64,000 bases of DNA from a virus (taxonomy: Duplodnaviria > Heunggongvirae > Uroviricota > Caudoviricetes): IMG/VR virus record IMGVR_UViG_2925891887_000001. The stretch is one strand, 5' to 3'. Below the pieces are notes generated by a model. That model was given only the letters and a program-made list of their open reading frames with translations. It was not told where the DNA came from and did no database searches. The translations under genes and the position numbers were made by a program. Every line of letters starts with the position of its first letter. Positions within the stretch are counted from its first letter, which is position 1. Positions 60,501 to 64,000 of this stretch are shown piece by piece.

Positions 60501-62313
60501 GGCTGCAAGAGATGAAGCGGCGGCTCTTATTGCTAAGGAAAGCGAGGCTCGTGTTGAAGGCGATGCTGCAAACGCTAAACAACTGGAAGTGTTGCAGTCA
60601 ACGGTAGAGGAAAGCTCCGCTGCCGTTGAAGAAATGAAAAAGACGGTTGCAGAGGTCGATCGTGCCAGTGCAGAACTGACTACGAACATTGAAGCGTTAG
60701 CTAAAACAAATATTGACCTGGCTCTTCGTCAAGATGAAGACCAGCACAAGCAGATGGTCAATAACGCGAAGATCGCAACAACACAGAAAACCTTTGCTGA
60801 TGATATGTCCGCAATGGCCACGAAGGTTGAGGAAATTCGCGTAGAAATTGGCGAAGACATTAAGGCCAGTATTCTGGAAGAGTCCACCGCTCGTGCCGAT
60901 GGCGATGAAGCGTTGGCAAAGCGTGTCACTCAGCTGCAATCTAAGTTTGAAGGAGATATCAGCGCGGCGATTAGTACAGAGCAGGAGGCTCGTACATCTG
61001 CCGATGAAGCTCTGACGACACAAATCACTCAGCTTGAGTCGAAAGTAAGCAACGATATCGTCGCAGCTATTAAGGAAGAGCAAGAAGCCCGAGCAACGGA
61101 AGATTCGGCTCTGGCAAGCCAGATCACCCAACTTCAGGCAAAAGTTGATGATGATATTTCTGCTGCAATACGCAGTGAGCAGGAGGCCCGAGCAAGCGGG
61201 GACTCTGCGTTAGCCAAACAAATAAACCAGCTTCAGTCAAAGGTTGACGGTGATATATCCGCTGCCATCACTCAGGAGCAGGAGGCCAGAGCAAGTGCTG
61301 ACCAGGCGCTCTCACGAGAAATTAACAGCCTGCGAGCACAAACCGGAACTGATATTGCCGCAGCGGTTGCTGTAGAGACAAAAGCAAGGACTGATGCCGA
61401 TAGTGCATTGTCTACCCAGATTACGTCTCTTACAGCAAAAGCTAATGATCTCAAGGCGTCTCTTGCCAGAGAAACAACGGCTCGTGCAGATGGTGATACC
61501 GCTTTAACAAAAGAGGTTTCAAGTTTAAAAGCACAGACAGCGAAAGATATTAGTGCGGCCGTTGCAGTTGAAACGCAGGCTCGAACTGATGCTGACTCGG
61601 CGTTGTCGTCTCAGATCACCAAGCTGACCTCTCAATACAAAGAGGATATTAAAGCGGCTGTAGCAACCGAAACGAAAACGCGTACAGAGCAAGATGCTGC
61701 ATTGGCGACTCAAATCACAAACTTAGAGTCTCAAACGGCAGCCAACATTTCCGCGGCGGTCACAACTGAAACGAAAGCGAGAACGCAGGCAGATAATGCT
61801 CTGAGTGGGCGAATCGATACTCTGAAAGCAGAGGTGAATGGAAATACCGCGACAATTCAACAGCAGGCAACAGCTATTGCTGATACCAACAAAAAAGTGT
61901 CAACCGCGTGGACGTTGAAAATGGAGACTTCAACGAGCGGAGGGCAGAAGTATGTTGCCGGTATTGCGCTTGGTATTGACACCACTGGGCTATCTCAGTT
62001 TTTGGTTCAGGCGGACAGGTTTGGTTTGGTCAACTCTGTTAACGGGAAGATCACAACGCCATTTGTTATCGAAAACAGTATCGCCTATATGAATGGAGCG
62101 TATATCAAGGATGGCACAATCACCAATGCAAAAGTAGGCGATCTGCAATCTACCAATTTTGTTAGCGGTAGATCTGGATGGCGGTTCGGCAAAAATGGAA
62201 CGCTTGAGATCAACGGTAATAGCGGCGGCAATGGGCGATTGGTTATAAATGGTCAGCGGATTGACGTTTATGACGATAACAACGTCCTACGAGTAAGAAT
62301 TGGCCGTCTGTGA
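57586..62313 (+). CDS. central tail fibre / host specificity protein gpJ-like
   Basis: About 1575 aa; colinear with lambda J over the N-terminal about 700 aa (NYPNSVLVGLKVNSEQFGS, GVWDGTFK, DAFGCTSRGQAHRVGLWLL); long internal repeat region. Confidence 0.85.
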   Translation: MEQFKKKKLPLFIAGAGGKKSSKSSSRTPVEADDTVNSRAMAAILDLLGEGVIGGLVNGARSIFIDDLPIVNEDGSSNFSGITWDFRDGSQDQTPMSGFDFVETPKSVNIQLKKTHYVTVSIDNDEADRVRVIMKFPSLRSIDKKTGDTNGTTVEYKFQIANGDSTFVDVVAEGEKSVGIKLTAKKTGVYYRSYELKLPKPGRAYKVRVVRITDDNSSQYLYNDTWVDSIGEIVDTPMNYPNSVLVGLKVNSEQFGSTMPSRSYLVRGLKIRVPSNYNESSNTYAGVWDGTFKLLSSSNPAWILFDLLTNARYGLGQYVSESMIDLGQLYQIGRYCDEEVDDGFGGKEKRFAINTQITSRQDAYRLIQDIAGAFRGMVFWAGGMVNIMQDSPSDPVMMFTNSNVKDGLFTYKGSARKDRPSVALVTYNNKEDGYKQNIEYVEDQDAMRRYGERKTEVVAFGCTSRGQAHRVGLWLLYTARMESDVITFTAGLDASFLMPGETVLIQNKYRAGKRNSGRIVAFTKNSVTLDAPVSLAKGGCFIRILNQEGKIVERDVLETGENITKVTFSKALSSAETPVLNGVWTITEPDLEPMRVRIVNIAQGETPGSFDITAVENNPSKYEAIDNGATLIPQNTTVLDPTYSKPSNLQITEGTYLSSPGNLSVKLTATWEGKSPEYWISWRRSDENNVSNWQSARVTEEQYEIVNVAENGRYDFQLYAVSFNGKKTEIISTVYQVLGTMTPPDAPTSLTAVGDYRNVILNWVNPDSVDLDHINVYASQTNNLDTAKLIAESASTTFTHAGLGDSETWYYWVRASNKRGMLSPPNSNLGTEATTRDVLSFLTGKITSSELGQALLEDINSKASQEAVDELNEHINQSVESLEGAVNDVKEDIAELDKQFSDNLADFEIKFNERSDALENAQTELKGEVSATIDKVNEAFEKIDATDAAIVEIENTVSEHDKALANTVEAIKAARDEAAALIAKESEARVEGDAANAKQLEVLQSTVEESSAAVEEMKKTVAEVDRASAELTTNIEALAKTNIDLALRQDEDQHKQMVNNAKIATTQKTFADDMSAMATKVEEIRVEIGEDIKASILEESTARADGDEALAKRVTQLQSKFEGDISAAISTEQEARTSADEALTTQITQLESKVSNDIVAAIKEEQEARATEDSALASQITQLQAKVDDDISAAIRSEQEARASGDSALAKQINQLQSKVDGDISAAITQEQEARASADQALSREINSLRAQTGTDIAAAVAVETKARTDADSALSTQITSLTAKANDLKASLARETTARADGDTALTKEVSSLKAQTAKDISAAVAVETQARTDADSALSSQITKLTSQYKEDIKAAVATETKTRTEQDAALATQITNLESQTAANISAAVTTETKARTQADNALSGRIDTLKAEVNGNTATIQQQATAIADTNKKVSTAWTLKMETSTSGGQKYVAGIALGIDTTGLSQFLVQADRFGLVNSVNGKITTPFVIENSIAYMNGAYIKDGTITNAKVGDLQSTNFVSGRSGWRFGKNGTLEINGNSGGNGRLVINGQRIDVYDDNNVLRVRIGRL
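60880..61840 (+). repeat. about 10 tandem about 99-bp (33-aa) repeats within J-like gene
   Basis: Units of form E(Q/T)(E/K)AR(A/T)xADxALxxQITxLxxKVxxDISAAIxx. Confidence 0.65.
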
Positions 62314-62343
62314 TGGTGGAAAAAAAATTTTATATCGGTAAAA

Positions 62344-62366
62344 ATAGGTAGGTATATACTTAATGG
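62344..62366. promoter_or_regulatory. motif B element ATAGGTAGGTATATACTTAATGG
   Basis: Between J stop and side-fibre start. Confidence 0.4.
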
Positions 62367-62406
62367 CGGGCAAGGATAGCCCGCCAAATCAAGGAGCATA
62401 TTCAAC

Positions 62407-64000
62407 ATGTGGTACAGGGAAGGTACTATCACATTTACACAGGGCAGCAATACTCTGGTTGGGGCAGGGACAGCCTGGAACGTAACAGCTAATGGTGTGT
62501 TGCCGGGGATGATCGTCATTGGCCCCGACAATAAGCTGTATGAGATCAAGCGCGTAACCAGTGATACGAACATTGTTCTCTCAGAACCTTATACCGGCGA
62601 AACTCAGTCTGAAGTTCCGTGCCGAATCATTACGACCTATGAAGGCGACTTAACACAGTTTAGCGCGCGCTTTACTGCGCTAATGTCGCGTATGTCGGCT
62701 GATTCCAAGTCCATACGCAGTTGGTTGACTGCGCTGGATGAGGTGACAATCGAGCGTGAAGACGGTACAGAAGTGACCGTTAAGCCGCTAATGCAGATCG
62801 TCAACGAGCACAACGAAAACGTTGAGTGGTATAAAAATAACACTGACGCGATTGATGCTGCTGGCGACAAAGCTCGTGAGGCGGCGGCCAGTGCTGCCGC
62901 AGCAGCAAAAAGCGCCAATGCCGCTGGAGAAAAAGCCTCTCAAGCGTCTCAAAGTGCATCCGCTGCGGCATCCTCACAAAGTGCCGCAAGTGCGAGTGCA
63001 ACTGCTGCGAAAAAATCTGAAACGAATGCTGCAGCGTCACAAAAATCTGCAGCCACTTCTGCATCCACCGCGACCACGAAGGCGTCAGAAGCTGCCACCT
63101 CAGCCCGGGATGCGGCGGCCTCAAAAGAGGCAGCGAAATCATCAGAAACGAGCGCAGCCTCGAGCGCCAGTAATGCCGCTTCCTCGGCAACGGCGGCAGG
63201 AAATTCCGCGAAGGCGGCAAAAACGTCCGAGACGAACGCCAGGTCTTCTGAAACGGCAGCGGGACAGAGCGCCTCGGCTGCGGCAGGCTCAAAAACAGCG
63301 GCTGCGTCGTCTGCCAGTGCCGCGTCAACAAGTGCCGGGCAGGCCTCAGCCAGTGCCACCGCCGCCGGAAAATCGGCAGAAAGTGCCGCATCGTCTGCTT
63401 CAACTGCCACAACGAAGGCTGGCCAAGCCACTGAACAGGCCAGCGCAGCAGCGAGGTCTGCTTCCGCAGCGAAGACATCCGAAACGAACGCGAAAGCGTC
63501 GGAAACCCGTGCAGAATCCTCAAAAACGGCAGCCGCATCGTCCGCCAGTTCGGCGGCGTCATCGGCATCATCGGCGTCTGCTTCAAAAGATGAGGCGACC
63601 AGACAGGCGTCAGCAGCGAAGGGCAGCGCCACGACGGCATCCACGAAAGCAACAGAGGCGGCAGGCAGTGCGACGGCAGCATCTCAGAGCAAAACTGCTG
63701 CTGAATCCGCTGCGACCCGTGCGGAAGCTGCTGCTGATCGTGCTGAAGAGATTGCCGGTGCAGTTGCGATGGAAGACGCAAGCCTTACAACTAAAGGTGT
63801 TGTGAAACTTAGCAGTGCTGTCGACAGCACCAGTGAATCGCTGGCCGCAACGCCAAAAGCAGTTAAAGCAGCCAATGACAATGCGAATAGCAGGGTGCCA
63901 TCTAACCGAAAAGTTAACGGTAAAGCACTGACTGCGGATATCAAATTAACGCCGAAAGATATTGGTACTTTAAATTCAGTAACGATGTCTTTCTCTGGCG
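62407..64000 (+). CDS. side tail fibre protein, lambda Stf-like (3' end beyond window)
   Basis: SD AGGAG; long Ala/Ser/Thr-rich collagen-like segment nearly colinear with lambda Stf as I recall it (KTSETNARSSETAA..., ATPKAVK); frame open to window end. Confidence 0.85.
   Translation, partial: MWYREGTITFTQGSNTLVGAGTAWNVTANGVLPGMIVIGPDNKLYEIKRVTSDTNIVLSEPYTGETQSEVPCRIITTYEGDLTQFSARFTALMSRMSADSKSIRSWLTALDEVTIEREDGTEVTVKPLMQIVNEHNENVEWYKNNTDAIDAAGDKAREAAASAAAAAKSANAAGEKASQASQSASAAASSQSAASASATAAKKSETNAAASQKSAATSASTATTKASEAATSARDAAASKEAAKSSETSAASSASNAASSATAAGNSAKAAKTSETNARSSETAAGQSASAAAGSKTAAASSASAASTSAGQASASATAAGKSAESAASSASTATTKAGQATEQASAAARSASAAKTSETNAKASETRAESSKTAAASSASSAASSASSASASKDEATRQASAAKGSATTASTKATEAAGSATAASQSKTAAESAATRAEAAADRAEEIAGAVAMEDASLTTKGVVKLSSAVDSTSESLAATPKAVKAANDNANSRVPSNRKVNGKALTADIKLTPKDIGTLNSVTMSFSG

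Noticed and set aside
62822-63805. Arg/Pro/Gln-rich plus-strand ORF 62822-63805 and Ala-rich minus-strand ORF 62949-63644
   Set aside because: Alternative-frame and antisense artefacts of the GC-rich Ala/Ser-coding repeats of the Stf-like gene, whose frame (from ATG 62407) matches lambda Stf
1-64000. Assignment to T5-like phages on the basis of nrdAB, thyA, folA, RNase H and SbcC-like genes
   Set aside because: The structural module (G/T, M, L, K, I, J, Stf-like; about 290-aa capsid protein) is lambda/T1-like, unlike T5 tail genes; family placement needs a database comparison

Overview
The window is about 64 kb of a tailed-phage genome with a T1/lambda-like structural module (TerS/TerL, portal, scaffold, major capsid, major tail with Ig-like domain, G/T chaperones, tape measure, gpM/L/K/I/J-like tail tip, lambda Stf-like side fibre; the window ends inside the Stf gene). 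Upstream is a long early region of nucleotide-metabolism and DNA-processing genes (SbcC/Rad50-like, RuvC-like, NrdA/NrdB, thymidylate synthase, DHFR, RNase HI, DnaQ-like exonuclease, two N6-adenine methyltransferases, SF2 helicase); no integrase or repressor was recognised. Superimposed on this are: (1) a 3.5-kb Escherichia coli chromosomal segment (apbC/mrp and metG) joined to a 127-bp IS1 end at 19.4-22.9 kb; (2) a complete 768-bp IS1 with 9-bp target duplication interrupting the gpM-like minor tail gene; (3) an AT-rich leftward cassette of eight unassigned small genes at 29.9-34.0 kb, my best candidate for an undescribed accessory system; (4) an ~850-bp G-depleted non-coding stretch bracketed by a promoter-like element and a terminator, followed by arrays of degenerate GGGAAAcGG repeats, partly duplicated 3.5 kb downstream; (5) a ParB-like/ParB-like/ABC-ATPase/GNAT operon directly upstream of the terminase; (6) two families of recurring palindromic intergenic motifs. 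All assignments are from reading motifs in the translated ORFs and the DNA; no database search was run. Coordinates not anchored to an ORF-track boundary may be off by a few bp.
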